Below, in pieces: positions 13,193 through 27,068 of a stretch of DNA of 64,000 bases. The translations under genes were made by a program, and so were the position numbers. The DNA lies in contig NC_043019.1 in the NCBI RefSeq assembly GCF_006345805.1, forward strand, positions 12,585,360-12,649,359, read 5' to 3'. Every line of letters begins with the position of its first letter. Within the stretch, counting starts at the first letter, position 1. The notes under the pieces are model-generated. The model did not search any database and was not told the origin of the DNA. It was given only the letters and a program-made list of their open reading frames with translations. This DNA comes from Octopus sinensis (taxonomy: Eukaryota).

Positions 13193-16100
13193 GTATGATC
13201 AGGGTGGGGAGAGAAAGAAGAGAGAGAGAGAGAGAGAGAGAGAATTAGAAACAGTGTTTTGTTTCACAAAGTGTGTGCATGTATATGTGACATTGGTCAT
13301 CATCATCATCAGTTTAACATCCATCTTTCTCTGCTTGCAGGGGTTGGATGGAATTTTGTTGAGGTGTATATTTCTGACAGCCGGGCACCCTCCCCATCAC
13401 TAACCTTTACCTGTTCCCATAAGCAGACATTTAAGATAGAAAACGAAAGACACTGCTTGTATGACAGTGATGCTTGTTTACAACCATCATATTATGTCAA
13501 GGCAAAGAGACAGTATTGCACATGCACACACACAAACACAAAAACAACCTACCCAGGGGCAAAACTTACTGTAGATTACTAACTTTTACTATAACAGATG
13601 TAATATATATGTGTGCATATACGTGTGTGTGTGTATTTATAGTGAGGGCACAAGGTTTGGTGGTTAGAGTGCTGCATGTACTGAGTAAGCTCATGTGTGG
13701 CATAAACATTTGATCACTATAAACAAATCATTTGTGCAGGTTGTTTGGCAAAAGCTGAATGCTCACATATCGTCTTTGATGGGAGAGTCCATCATATATA
13801 TATGGCACCTCGTCTGGCACCTGTGCCGGTGGCATATAAAAAGCACCCACTACACTCTCAGAGTGGTTGGCGTTAGGAAGGGCATCCAGCCGTAGAAACA
13901 TTGCCAAATCAGATAGGGCCTGGTGCAGCCTTCTGGCTTCCCAGACCCCAGTTGAACCATCCAACCCATGCTAGCATGGAAAGCGGACGCTAAACGATGA
14001 TGATGATGCTGATATATATATTTATATACATACGTACATAAACACACACACAGAGTTATATTTAAGGTGTAATATTAACCCCTTAGCATTCAGATTATTC
14101 TGTCAAATGTAAAGCTTATTTATTCATATTGCTTTGAATTAATCCTGCATCATCTCATCATCATCATCGTTTAACGTCCGCTTTCCATGCTAGCATGGGT
14201 TGGACGATTTGACTGAGGTCTGGTGAACCAGATGGCTGCACCAGGCTCCATTCTGATCTGGCGGAGTTTCTACAGCTGGATGCCCTTCCTAATGCCAACC
14301 ACTCCGAGAGTGTAGTGGGTGCTTTTTACATGCCACCGGCATGAGGCCAGTCAAGCGGTACTGCATAGTTTCGAGATTTTAATATGATTATTATTTTTAC
14401 AACGACATTATAAGGTAGGTGTGAGAGGCCTGATCTGGCCAGTTTGAACATAAAACAGGTAGAATATTTTGGCTGGATATGGCCAGTTTAAATGCTAAAG
14501 GACTAATGCAGTGTGGTTAAGAAGTTCACTTCCCACCCACATGATTTCAGGTTCAGTCCCACTGTGTGACTCCTTAGGCAAACCTCTTCTACCTTGGTCA
14601 AGCATACTTTTCTTTCATTTCTTCTTTTTGTCATTCTTGATTATTCTTCCTTCTTCTCCTTTATTTCTTCTTTGTCATCATTTCCTCGTTAGCGTTCTCC
14701 TTCTTATTTATAATATTTCTCTTTCCCTTTATTAATTTCCTTCCTTCTGTTTCACCAATCTAACTTCTTCCTTTCTACACTCATTTCTTCCAGAACTTAA
14801 TAAAGAAAGAAAGCATCTCCAATGGGCCTGAACTGAGGGAGTTCCTCGCCTATGAGGGAGATGCACACATCGCTTATGTGCGGCGCACCCGTGAAATCAA
14901 CATGCCACGGATTGATAAAGTAAGCCACACACATTGTTGTACAAAATTCTACATTTCTTCATGTTTACACGTATTTATGTATTTATTTAACCCATTTCTT
15001 ATATTTTTGTGGAATTACACTGCCTTGTTTTCAGTTAATTTTTAAAATATTGAAGAGTTTTAATTTTAAAAATATAGGCGCAGGGGTGGCTGTGTGGTAA
15101 GTAGCTTGCTTACCAACCACATGGTTCCGGGTTCAGTCCCACTGCGTGGTACTTTGAGCAAGTGTCTTCTACTAAAGCCTCGGGCCGACCAAAGCCTTGT
15201 GAGTGGATTTGGTAGACGGAAACTGAAAGAAGCCCGTCGTATATATGACTAACTGAGGTCATGGATATTATCCAACCATCTTATTCTTGGTCTACTGCTA
15301 AGTCTCCTGCTAGTTGGCTCAGCTTACCCAACCACTAATGATTGTCCCCTCCTGAACCCAATTTGAGGCCTGAGACATTCATCCTCTGTGCTCCCATATC
15401 ACGAATGCCAGAACAAGTCACAGGCTTATTCTGGTTGTACTAGCATTGAGTGAAGGCTACAATATATTCTTTGAAAGGATCCCTTTTTCCCTAACATCCA
15501 AATGTGTCCCTTGTTAACCCTCATGATGAACAATGCAGTTTGGTTATTTTCTTTAACCTATTTCATATTGCAGCTTTTGGTGGTTCTTATTCATATACCA
15601 GGCACCAAGTTAATATTGGTATTTGTTTTGGACCTGTAACGAAGTCTTATTAACTTTAATTACTTTGCTTATTCTTGTAGGCATTTGTGAAAACGGTATC
15701 TGGTGTACTGGACCGGATAGCTACAACAGTTCTTCCACGAAGTTTGTCGCAAGACAAGACCTCCCCATCTGGCTACTCTCCATACCGTAAAGACTCCTTG
15801 TCGCCCAACAAACCCACAGAAGAAGAAGTAAAGATCATCGAAGATTCGGATCAAATTCTAGTTGATATAGACATTCCAAATTATGAGGTAAGTTCCTTAT
15901 GCTCTCTTTTCTGGGATCAACTTTGCCTTATTTTCTACAACCAAATTTCTAGCCTCTTGGTGTACGTCTTATAAAGGCGCTTGACTAAGTGGGTAGGGTG
16001 TTGCTTTCACAATCATAAGACTGTGGTTTCGAATCTCAGACTGTGTAGTGTGTTGTGTTCTTGAGCAAAACACTTCATTTTAAATTGCTCCAGTTTACCC

Positions 16101-16782
16101 TGGGATAGACAGAACCGTATCCTGTTGTAATATCAGGCCTTTATATGCCATAGAAACCGGATTAGGTTCCAGCCTTATGAATCCTGGGGTATAGAAAGAC
16201 ATGTTAACAGGCATAAGGAATATGTGAAAAATAACATACACAATTCACACGATATATCTCAACAGACATTTTTAGCTCTCGGTGACTGGCTGATAATATG
16301 CGAGCAGGTGCATATTATGTGAGCAGGTGCAAACACTGAGCTAATTTCACCTGTTCATTATATCATATTATACATTGTTATATCAACCGGTCATCAACCA
16401 TTGAAAACACCACCTGGGAAGGTATGAACTGATTACATCTTGTAAACTGTATCTTTTATCTCTCACTTATTTCTGTCATTTGACCATGGCCATTCTGGGG
16501 CACCACTTTGAAGGGTTTTAGTTGAACGACTTGACCTGCAGGATTTATTTTTTAAATCCTGGTACTTATTCAGTCAATCTCTTTTACTGAATCATTAAGT
16601 TATGGGGATGCAAACTCACCAACACCAGTTGTGAAGCGGAGTTGGGAGGACAAACATGGACATACACACACACACACACGCGCGCGTGCACACACACACA
16701 CACACACGTGACAGGCTTCCTTCAGTTTCCATCTACCAAATCTGCTCACAAGGCTTTCATTGTCTCAAAGCTATAGTAGAAG

Positions 16783-16819
<37 letters not shown>

Positions 16820-16837
16820 TCTTCTACTATAGCTTAT

Positions 16838-16868
<31 letters not shown>

Positions 16869-18336
16869 AAAATACAAACTGGGACAAGAACGCAAAACAT
16901 TTAGAAGACGATACAAAAAACACGGACGGGACATTCGAAGCCTTCAATCTTCAGTCAAGAACCAGATCATCCTCGCAATTTCGGCTAGAGAGAGATGGTT
17001 ATTCATAATGAATCACCTCATTTTCTGTCATATTTATTGTGTATGTTTTTTGTTTTGTTACTCAGAGTTGGTTTCGGGTTGTGGAAGCTAACGTCAGCAA
17101 GCACATTGAAAGCATAAAATGTCGTCGTGATTCATCAACAGAAGTGACCAATCAGAGCTCTTCACCACACAGCCCACTCTCGACCAATCAGAGCTGTTCT
17201 TCGCACACTCCATCTTTGACCAATCAGAGCTGTTCGTCGAGTAATCTGCCATCAGTTGACCAGACCTTTTCCTCGAACAGTTTGCACATGACCAATACAA
17301 GTTCTTCCTTACATGGTTTCTCAATGACCATCGACAGCTGTTCTTCATCCAACTTACCTTTGACCAATGAGAACAATTCATCCTTACACACATCTTCAGA
17401 TACCAAAGCCACAGAAAACAACACTGATCCTTTTAGGGCACACATCACAGATCAAGAAACAGACCCATTAAATTCAGTCAGAGGTAAAAAATTCATATGT
17501 TGGTAACAGTTGTGGTGGTTTTAAGGGAAGGGTTGTTTTTTTGCTTTAGTTTATACCCTCCCACCAGAATTGTTATTTCAAGTCTATAATATTACTGCTG
17601 GTCTTCCATAAACAACCTTGCCTGGATTTGTGCCTTGGAGAGGACCTTTGTAGGTGCAATCCCCTGGTCATTCATGACTGAAGGGGTTCTTTACCCTTTT
17701 ATTAAGTTGACGAGCTGGCAGAATTGTTAACATGCCAGACAAAATGTTTGGCTTTTTGTCTGACTTAACATTCAGTTCAAATTCTGCTGGGGTCAACTTT
17801 ACCTTTCATTGTTATGGAGTCAACAAAGTAAGTACCAGTTGAACACTGGGGTTCATGCAATTGACTCACCCCCTCCCCACAAAATTGCTGCCCATGTGGC
17901 AAAATTTGAAACCACTGTTATTATTATTGAGTGAGAGAGCAGTTCATGCCATCAAAGTGACACTGGGGTAAAATATACGAAGCCCAATATACCCATCATG
18001 ACTATCTGTCTGATAATGGTACACCAGGCACATGCATCACAACCATGTGTGCGACATGGTGATCTCATATCAAGATAAACAGCACATGACCTTGCAGGTG
18101 GGGCCCAGTTAGAATTTTCTTCAGGTTGAGTAGCCCATCCCGCTCAAAAGGTCCCTGAATAAGGGTTGTTTAAGGATGTTGAAAGAACCACCCATGTTTC
18201 CAGAGGTGAATTATTCAAACCCCAAAGAATCCCTCTCAACACATGGCTATGATGCTCCCCCACTATTTCTGCTTGTGATCAGAGATGCACATATCGTCAG
18301 CCACTAAGGGACATGCTCAACTGGTTAAAGTCAAAC

Positions 18337-18369
<33 letters not shown>

Positions 18370-18964
18370 GGTGGCAAGCTGGCAGAATCGTTAGCATGCC
18401 GGATGAAATGCTTAGCTGTATTTCATCTGTCTTCACGTCCTGGGTTCAAATTACACCGAGGTTGACTTTGCCTTTCTTCCTTTCAGGGTCAATAAATTAA
18501 GTACCAGTGAAACACAGGGGTTGATGTAACCAACTAGTCCCCTCCCCCATAATATCAGGCCTTGTGCCTTTAGTAGAAAGAATTATCACCATCATTATTA
18601 TTATTATTATCATTATTATTATTATCATTATTATCATCATTATTATTATTATCATTATTATTATCATTATTATTATTATTATTATTATCATTATCATCAT
18701 TATTATTATTATCATTATCATCATTATTATTATTATCATTATTATTATTATTATCATTATTATTATTATCATTATTATTATCATTATCATTATTATTATA
18801 ATTATTATCATTATTATTATCATTATTATCATATCATCATTATTATTATTATTATCATTATTATTATTATTATTATAATCATCATCATTATTATCATCAT
18901 TATTATCATTATTATTATTATCATCATCATCATCATCATTATATTATCATCATCATCATCATCA

Positions 18965-18995
<31 letters not shown>

Positions 18996-21900
18996 TCTGC
19001 AGTTGAGATGAAGGACAACCTAATCTTGACATCTGCAATTCTCGACTTTGCGGTGCAGGCACTGCAAGGATGCGACAGCTGGTTGAACAAGGAAGCTGCT
19101 TACGAGACGTTTGCGATTGTTAGTGGAACTGTCTTGAACAAGTAAGTGACTTAACCCACTCTTTGCCCATTTCTTTCCCCACTCATCGCAACCATACACA
19201 TATCAATATATTACACGAATTTCTGTTTCTCTAATCTCTGTCTCCATATGAACCCTTGCTGAGTTAACCTATATTCTTTTTAATATCACAGGCAGTGAGT
19301 GGCTGTGTGGTAAGTAGCTTGCTAACCAACCACATGGTTCCGGGTTCAGTCCCACTGCGTGGCATCTTGGGCAAGTGTCTTCTGCTATAGCCTCGGGCCG
19401 ACCAAAGCCTTGTGAGTGGATTTGGTAAACGGAAACTGAAAGAAGCCTGTCGTATATATGTATATATATATGTGTGTATATGTGTGTGTCTGTGTTTGTC
19501 CCTCTAGCATTGCTTGACAACCGATGCTGGTGTGTTTACGTCCCCGTCACTTAGTGGTTCGGCAAAAAGAGACTGATAGAATAAGTACTGGGCTTACAAA
19601 GAATAAGTCCCGGGGTCGATTTGCTTGACTAAAGGCGGTGCTCCAGCATGGCCGCAGTCAAATGACTGAAACAAGTAAAAGAGTAAGAGAGTGATAATGG
19701 TAATGATACTGAAGATATGGATGATGATGATGATGAGGAGAAGGAGGATAAGGGTGGTGGTGGTGGTGGTTGTGAGGGCGGCGATAGTAGCAATGACGAT
19801 GGTATGGATGAGAATGATGATGGAGAACTGATGACTGATGATTGCAAGCGATGATGAAGATGGGGGTGGTAACAATAATGCACTATGGATGATGATAATG
19901 TTGATACTGATGATGGTGATGATGATGTTGGTGGTGATGATGGCGATAGCAAATGATGATGACGACGACAATGATAAAGATGATGAAGATGATGATTGCA
20001 ATGATGATGATGATGGAGATGATGATGATGGTTGTCGGTGATGATGCTGATGATGATGCTATAGTAATGATGGCCCTGTTTCCTTAATGCTATGGAATTT
20101 AGCAGTTGTAGTCATGTGTTGTTTGTGAGATTAAGACCTTGCTGGTCTCTGCCAATTTGTTATTCATTCCTACAGAGGCGTTGAAAGGGCAACGAAATAT
20201 AGTTTCAGTCTTCAAGTTCTGATTTCAGATCTCATTATGCTCAAATTTACTTTCTGTCCTCATGTGGGAATAATAAATTAAAATGTCAGTTCATATATAT
20301 ATATACATATATACACACACACACGCATATATATATATATATATATACATACACACATACACACACATATATATAAAAACCAGCTTAGAGAAGAAGAAGA
20401 AACGAAACCAAACGAATATACACATACACACACACACATATATATACACATATACACACACACATATATATATATACACATACACATATATATATATATA
20501 CATACACACACACACACATATATATATATACATACACACACTCACACACACATATATATATATACATACACACACACACACACACATATATATATACATA
20601 CACATATATACATATATATATATACATACACATATACATACATATATATTTATGTGTGTGTGTTTGTGTGTACATGGACTGATTTAGATTCTCTGACCCT
20701 GTTCCTCCCCTCCTCTCCTTTCCTCTTCTCCTGCCCTTTATACTTTCCTGCCCTCCCCCCCCCCCTTTACATATGTGTGGCCTTTTGACTTTATAAAAAG
20801 AAACGACAATGCACACAAAAAAAAAAGTCCCCCCCAAAATCAATATCTGTCTATATACTGTTTTGACATTTCGTATTTCCATGACAACCATGATATCAAT
20901 GACTGCAAGATGACGATGATGATGACAATGAAAAGGATGATAAGGGTGTTGATGGTGGCGGGCGATGATAATGGTGGTGATGCTGAAGAGGATGGTTGTC
21001 AATGATGATACTGATGATGATTATGATGATATAGATGATGACGATGTAGTAGTAGTGTTGATGATGATAATAATAATGATGATGGTGACTGGTGATTGTC
21101 ATCATGATGATGATGGTGGTGATAATGACAATATAGATGGTTATTGTGATGATGATGATGAGAGTAATATGTCTGATACAGATGATATGGATGATGATGA
21201 TGGTGATGATTGTCAGGGTGACACTGATGAAGATGATATCGATGATGATGGTGAGGATAACAGTTGTAGTGAGGGTCATGATGATGGTGATGCAACTGAT
21301 GATGTGGATGATGATGATGATGATATAGATGATGATTATCTGTGAAGATGATGATGATGATGATGAGGAGAGTTGACTGGTGATGATGATGATGAGGATG
21401 ACTGTGGCAGTAGTAGTGATGACAATGATAATTAGAATACCTACCCTAATAACTACCCTGATTGTGATGATGATGATCAGTGGCAGCTCGCAGATAAAAT
21501 TAGCGGAGCTGTTGCTTCAGAAAATGTTTAGCCATTGTTTTAATATTGCGTAAAAGAAAACCAACCTATAAAAAGAATATTCATGCATAAACATGATCGG
21601 TTGTGGGTTTAATTTGTTCACTGAACATCGCCGCGAATTCCTCCTTGTTTTTCAAAATTCCACCCCCTAAATCACAAAATAAGGTGGGGGAAAATCTGCC
21701 CCATTTTTCAAATCCTGGCAGCAACATTGAAGCTGGAAGCAGGATAATAATCTAATTTTGCCTTTCATCCTTTTGGGGTCGATAAATTAAGTACCAGTGA
21801 AACACTGAGGTCAATGTAATCATCTATACCCCTCCCCACAAACCTGAGGTCTTGTGCCTCCAGTAGAGAGGATTACTCTCTCTTTACTCTTTTACTTATT

Positions 21901-24900
21901 TCAGTCATTTGACTGCGGCCATGCTGGAGTACCGCCTTTAGTCGAGCAAATCGGCCCCGGTACTTATTCTTTGTAAGCCCAGTACTTATTCTATCGGTCT
22001 CTTTTGCCGAACCGCTAAGTGATGGGGACGTAAACACACCAGCATCGGTTGTCAAGCAATGCTAGGGGGTCAAACACAGACACACAAACACATACACACA
22101 CACACATATATACGACAGGCTTCTTTCAGTTTCCGTCTCCCAAATCCACTCACAAGGCTTTGGTCAGCCCGAGGCTACAGCAGAAGACACTTGCCCAAGG
22201 TGCCACGCAGTGGGACTGAACCCGGAACCATGTGGTTGGTTAGCAAGCTACTTACAACACAGCCACTCCTGCGCCTATTATTATTATTATTCTTAATAAT
22301 AATAATAATAATAATAATAACAAGATGGTGAGCTAACAGAATCATTAGCATGCCAAGCATGATGCTTAGTGGCATTTATCCGTCACTGCATTCTGAGTTC
22401 AAATTCTGCCGAGGTCAGCTTTGCCTCTCATCTTTTTGAAACACTGGTTTATTCCCTCAAAATTTCAGGCCTTGTGCCTTTAGTAGAAAGGATTATTAAG
22501 GTATTAAGGTGACAAAGTGCCAGAATCGTTAGCATGCTAGACAAAATGTCCATCTTAATGTTCTGAGTTCAGATTCTGCCAAGGTGGACTTTGCCTTTTA
22601 TCCTTTCAAAGGTTGTTGGAATAAGTACCAGTTGAGCACTGGGGTTGATGTTACCAGTTAGAGTCGTCCTTCGAAATTTCAGACCTTGTACCAATAATAG
22701 AAAGGATTATTACTACTGTGCCACACAAAAAGCACCCAGTAAACTCTTTTGAGTAGTTGGCAGAAGACTTAACATCAAATATGGTATAGCCCTTATAATT
22801 AATAAAAAATAAATAAATGCACCCTTTTTCAATCCTAGCCAGGCTCATGGGCCCGGTTTCCAGTTTCTATGGCGTATGTGTTTCCCAGTTGGATGGGACG
22901 CCAGTCCATCGCAGCGTTACTCATTTTTGCCAGTTGAGTGAACTGGAGTAACGTGAAATGAAGTGTTTTGCTCAAGAACACAACGCGTCGCCCGGTCCAG
23001 GAATCGAAACCACAATCTTACGATCATGATGCTGACACCCTAACCACTAAGCCACGCGCCTCCACTTTTTAAAGATGAAAGTATTGCTCAAGAATACAAC
23101 ACACTGCCCGGCCCAGGAATCGAAACCACAATCTTACGATCATGATGCTGACGCCCTAACCACTAAGCCACGCCCCTCCACTAGCCCTTATAATTAATGA
23201 CAATAATAACATCCCTGCCCCTTTCCATGCACACACTCTTCCTCTCTCTCTCTCTCTCATACACACACACACACATATATAATGTGCCATTGATTTAACA
23301 TTTCTCCATATGTTTCACTCCACAGTTGGCTGCAGAAGAAACTTCACGAAGCCACTTCACAGACTCAGTGCCGTTACTATCTGCAACTACTACGCGAGAA
23401 GCTCTGGCCCAATACCAAAGCAGAATGCAAGACGACACCTGTGAAAACCCCTGCCGAAATGGAAGCTACCAAAGAAAAAGCCAAACAATATATTTTTGAC
23501 TTGTTTCCATGTGAGTTTTATCTCGATTTTTTTCTCAACCCACCCTAAACTCCCTTGCAACCTCTACTCACCCTAACTCCTGGTCCCGCTCCTCTGTTTG
23601 TTTCTGCCTACCATGAGGTGGGTGGAAACTCCATCCTGACACTTCGTCACCCCTATTTTCATCTCTTCCCAGCTCCACCCGATCATCCCCATCCTCTCCC
23701 TCTTTGAAAGTGGGAGTTGTCATGTAGTGTCTCTGCAGCATGGACTCTGTTCCATTCTGGTTCCTCCTCTCATACATTAATCCCTCGTTTCCTAATATAA
23801 AGCCACCTCCCCATTTTGGGCTCCTTAGTCTTGTAAACTGTCTGCTGACTTCACTATTTGTAGCGGCATAGGAAAGCACCCAGTGCACTCTGTAAAGTTG
23901 TTGGCATTAGGAGGGTCTCCATCTGCAGAAACCATGTCAAAGTAGACTCTGGAGCATAGTGCAGGTCCTTAGGCCCCTTCGGATCCCATCAAGCTGCCCA
24001 ACTTATGGCAGTATATAATAATAATAATAATGAAATTATTGTATACAGTGCTCAGGTGCACCACAACTTGTCAGAAAGTGCATATAAAGTACATGCAGTA
24101 ATGTAGAAATGTCTGGAAAGCGAACAATGTATATGAGTCAGATACATGCTTGTGTGTGTATGGAAGGGAGAAAATCAGGTGTAGTGCTGGCAAATCTCAG
24201 AAAGCACGGAAGTTTTGAAGGATGCAGTGCTCCGACAACTAACAACTGATGCCGGCAGTTTGTTCCATGCTTCAGCAACTCTTAGCGTGAAAAAATGTTT
24301 CCTGAAGTCATGGGAGCTGTGCTGTTTTCTGACTTTGTAAATATGTCCACAGGTGTTAGATGGGTGGAGTTTGAAAAGGTGCTCAGAGTTATTGTTTGTA
24401 CGATGGTTGATAATTTTATGGGTGTCTGCCAAGTCAGCTGCCAGACGTCGGAGTTTCAATGTGTCCATGCCCAGGGAAAGAACCATAAATGAGAAGAGAG
24501 TAGCCCAGGAGAGGCTAGCTCAGAGTTGTTATGAGCTATGGACAGGGATTAGAATACGAGGATGCATAAAGCCCAAAACTGAGCCCAAGAGGAATTGGAA
24601 AAGATTGTCTTGAAAATATACCAAGTGCCCCCATACAACAGGAATGTTAAGGGCATGACAGGATTTGATATTTTATTGGTCCCTATTTTTCTTGCAGGTT
24701 TACTTGTGTTGTTCATTGGGGAAGAAAATGTACAACATGCCATCTCACAACTCATCGCAGCTATCCAGTGTCAGAGGCTCAACAGGTTTGTATCATTATT
24801 ATTATTGTTATTATTATTATTATTATTATTATTGTTATTGAGGGAGGCAAGTTGGCAGAATTGTTAGCACACCTGGCAAAATGCTTAGTGACATTTTATC

Positions 24901-25583
24901 TGCTACTACATTCAAATTCTGCCAAGGTTGAGTTTGCCTTTCATCCTTTAGGGTGGGGGGTGTCAATGAAATAAGTACCAGTTATGCACTGGGGTCAATA
25001 TAATTGACTAGCCCCCTTCCCCCCAAAAATTTCCAGACCTTGTGCCTAGAGTGAAAATAATAATAATAATAATGATGATAAATTATTATTATTGAGTGAG
25101 AGAGCAGTGCATGCCATCAAATTGACACTGGTGTACGAATATACAAAGCCCCCAGTATACTCACCAGGCTCATGCATCACAACCATATGTGTGTAACATA
25201 ATGATCTCATATCAAGATAAACAGTGCATGACCTTGCAGGTGGGGCCCAGTTAGAATTTTCTTTAAGATGAGTAGCCCATCCTGCTCCAATCGTCCCTGA
25301 ATAAGGTTTGTTTAAGGATGATGAATGAAACACCTATGTTTCCAGGAGTGAATTACTCAAACCCCAAAGAATTCCTCTCAACTCATGGCTATGATGCTCC
25401 TCCACTACTTCCACTCATGATCAGAGTTACACATATCATCAACCACCAAGGGACATGCTCAACCGGTTAAGGTCAAGCAACTGACAAGCAAATCTGTGGT
25501 ATTGAGCTGAATATTTGCTGTAGCACATCTTTTATTATTATTATTATTATTGTTATTATTATTATTATTATAGTTGTTACTAG

Positions 25584-25616
<33 letters not shown>

Positions 25617-25783
25617 CATTATTGCTATTTTCCAGGCATTTCCTCTTCTGTCTCTTGGACACCATATTCCTTCACCTGTTTCCTGAAGTAAAGTCCACAG
25701 ATTTCCAGCAAACGTATGAACCCAACAACGTGGGAAGCTCTTTCTCCAGTGATGACTTCACGTTGTCGTCTTTGAACAGCTGA
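13095..25783 (+). CDS. SNX19: Sorting nexin-19-like gene, 3' portion (8 coding exons, ~468 aa: PX C-half, linker, Nexin_C); 5' exons not found in window
   Basis: Eight GT-AG exons join in frame (phases 1/0/0/0/1/2/1/2) to TGA at 25781-25783. Peptides IKGPKGWKHSLFGNMDQENVTQRRKFLDNYLK, ELREFLAYEGDAHIAYVRR..PRIDK, YYLQLLREKLWP and LNRHFLFCLLDTI match my recollection of SNX19 (VKGPKK..GNMD, EVQEFLALNTDARIAFVKK..SRIDK, YLLLLRESIWP, INRHLIYCL). Confidence 0.88.
14794..14919 (+). CDS. SNX19: SNX19-like exon (NLIKKESISNGPELREFLAYEGDAHIAYVRRTREINMPRIDK)
   Basis: Acceptor tttcttccag, donor AAA|gtaagc; 126 nt, phase 0 to 0. Confidence 0.92.
15681..15887 (+). CDS. SNX19: SNX19-like exon (AFVKTVSGVLDRIATTVLPRS...DIPNYE)
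   Basis: Acceptor ttcttgtag, donor GAG|gtaagt; 207 nt, phase 0 to 0. Confidence 0.88.
17066..17483 (+). CDS. SNX19: SNX19-like exon with 12-aa Ser/Thr tandem repeats
   Basis: Acceptor ttactcag, donor GAG|gtaaaa; 418 nt open, phase 0 to 1, matches both neighbours. Confidence 0.82.
17927..18333 (+). repeat. Dispersed ~400-bp repeat (unclassified retroposon)
   Basis: GAGTGAGAGAGCAG...GGGACATGCTCAACTGGTTAA recurs at 25093-25520(+), 43930-44370(-) and partially at 40660-40830. Confidence 0.8.
18590..18995. repeat. (ATT/ATC)n microsatellite, ~400 bp
   Basis: Visible directly; ends a few nt before the SNX19-like acceptor at 19002. Confidence 0.95.
19003..19141 (+). CDS. SNX19: SNX19-like exon (VEMKDNLILTSAILDFAVQALQGCDSWLNKEAAYETFAIVSGTVLN)
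   Basis: Acceptor tttctgcag, donor AA|gtaagt; phase 1 to 2. Confidence 0.88.
19291..19690 (+). mobile_element. tRNA-type SINE family B (~400 bp with internal TA/TG microsatellite)
   Basis: GAGTGGCTGTGTGGTAAGTAGCTTGC..GGTTCAGTCCC head and CAGTCAAATGACTGAAACAAGTAAAAGAG tail. Copies at 15075-15245, 21877-22275(-), 39501-39905, 54651-55200, 61430-61600, 61900-62080. Confidence 0.85.
22826..23181 (-). mobile_element. tRNA-type SINE with tandemly duplicated head
   Basis: Head GTGGAGGCGCGTGGCTTAGTGGTTAGGG..GGTTTCGATTCCTGG occurs twice (~22970-23065 and ~23085-23181); similar copy at 39905-40155. Confidence 0.7.
23326..23510 (+). CDS. SNX19: SNX19-like exon, Nexin_C (WLQKKLHEATSQTQCRYYLQLLREKLWP...YIFDLFP)
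   Basis: Acceptor ctccacag, donor AT|gtgagt; phase 2 to 1. Confidence 0.9.
24015..24610 (-). mobile_element. 5'-truncated CR1-clade LINE (RT C-terminus + 3' UTR + (ATT)n tail)
   Basis: ORF 24175-24486 contains LGMDTLKLRRLAADL..TCGHIYKVRK..RKHFFTLRVAEAWNKLP, a typical CR1 ORF2 end; the same 3' end recurs on + at ~38720-38820. Confidence 0.85.
24698..24785 (+). CDS. SNX19: SNX19-like exon, Nexin_C (LLVLFIGEENVQHAISQLIAAIQCQRLNR)
   Basis: Acceptor ttttcttgcag, donor CAG|gtttgt; phase 1 to 2. Confidence 0.88.
25636..25783 (+). CDS. SNX19: SNX19-like terminal coding exon (HFLFCLLDTIFLHLFPEV...SLNS*)
   Basis: Acceptor attttccag, phase 2, TGA at 25781-25783. Confidence 0.88.
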
Positions 25784-25959
25784 TGATTAAACCAATTGCC
25801 AACAGCCGCAAAATTAAATCAAATTACAACACACACACATTCATACACACACACATATATACATAATTGTGCCCGTGTGTAATGTTTGCATACATTTAGT
25901 GTATGTATGTATTTATATATATGTATGTATGTATGTATATATGCATATATGTGTGTGTG

Positions 25960-26019
<60 letters not shown>

Positions 26020-27068
26020 TCTGCTTCTATCCTTCATCTTGCAAACTGATCAAAGAATAATATGGTGATGATGATGATGATGATGTAATGCTAATCTGTG
26101 AAGAATCAATTCTGCCATTGTATTTCAATCATCCAAAAACAACAATAAAAAAACTTTTCCTCTGAAGACACAAAATGTGTAAAATATACCAAAAAGACTG
26201 CAGTTTTTTTCTCTTGCGTTTTCAAGAAGGAAAAACTACTAAACTAATGATAATAGTAATAGTAATGACTGTAATTATAATAATAATGATGATGATAATT
26301 ATTATTGTTATGTTAATCAGAGGATGAAGAAATGCAGATGAAAAAAAATCAAGAAGAAATATTTCCTTGACACAAATCCGTTTGCCAAACAGAGTTGAGG
26401 TTTTTGTCCAAGAACCCAATGCAACAGCCGCTATGAGACTGGAAGTTTTGAGAACTCTAACGCCAACCGTCAGTACTCTTACCTTACCTTAAACAGTATA
26501 AAGCGTAAGAAGGAAGAAAGGAAAATATGGTAACGATAGTCATAATGATAATGATGATGATGATGATTATAATATAATCTTTCTTTGATGCCACTCCTCT
26601 TGTCTGTGAAAAAGCCTTGATATTACTTTGAACTGATGATATATTGTTTGGATAACTTATGTGGTTAAACTTTTGGATATTTCACGTTTGAGTTTTGGAA
26701 TGTCTGAGAATGATGGAATTAAGCAGGAATAAAGGAATGAGTGGTTAACTAATTAATTAATTAATTAGTCTATCAGACACGAATGCCAAAAACAGAAACA
26801 AGTTGGATAATCCCATCTCAAGAGACTGATCTTAACATTACCAACATTTATTAAACATATGCACTGTTGTGCATGTACACACCTCCACACACACATTATT
26901 TACATGTGTGTGTGTGTGTGTGTGTGGTGTGTGAGTATATACTACGTTCAACCCATGCTAGCATGGAAAGCGGACGTTAAACGATAATGATATACATATA
27001 TATATCAAACAATGAGAATGAGTGCTCAGCTCTGTATTGGTGGATAAAAATTCTTTACTTGTGTATTA

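Noticed and set aside
16930-16990. CTGAAGA/GAAAT motifs on minus in a small repeat
   Set aside because: The box order and stems do not give a hammerhead fold; GAAT replaces GAAA.
18497-21345. Poly-Ile, poly-Asp/Met and His-rich ORFs in the ORF track (also 27318-27928, 49616-50937, 60779-61405, 62534-62962)
   Set aside because: They are translations of ATT, GAT, CAA and TA/CA simple repeats, with no splice or homology support.
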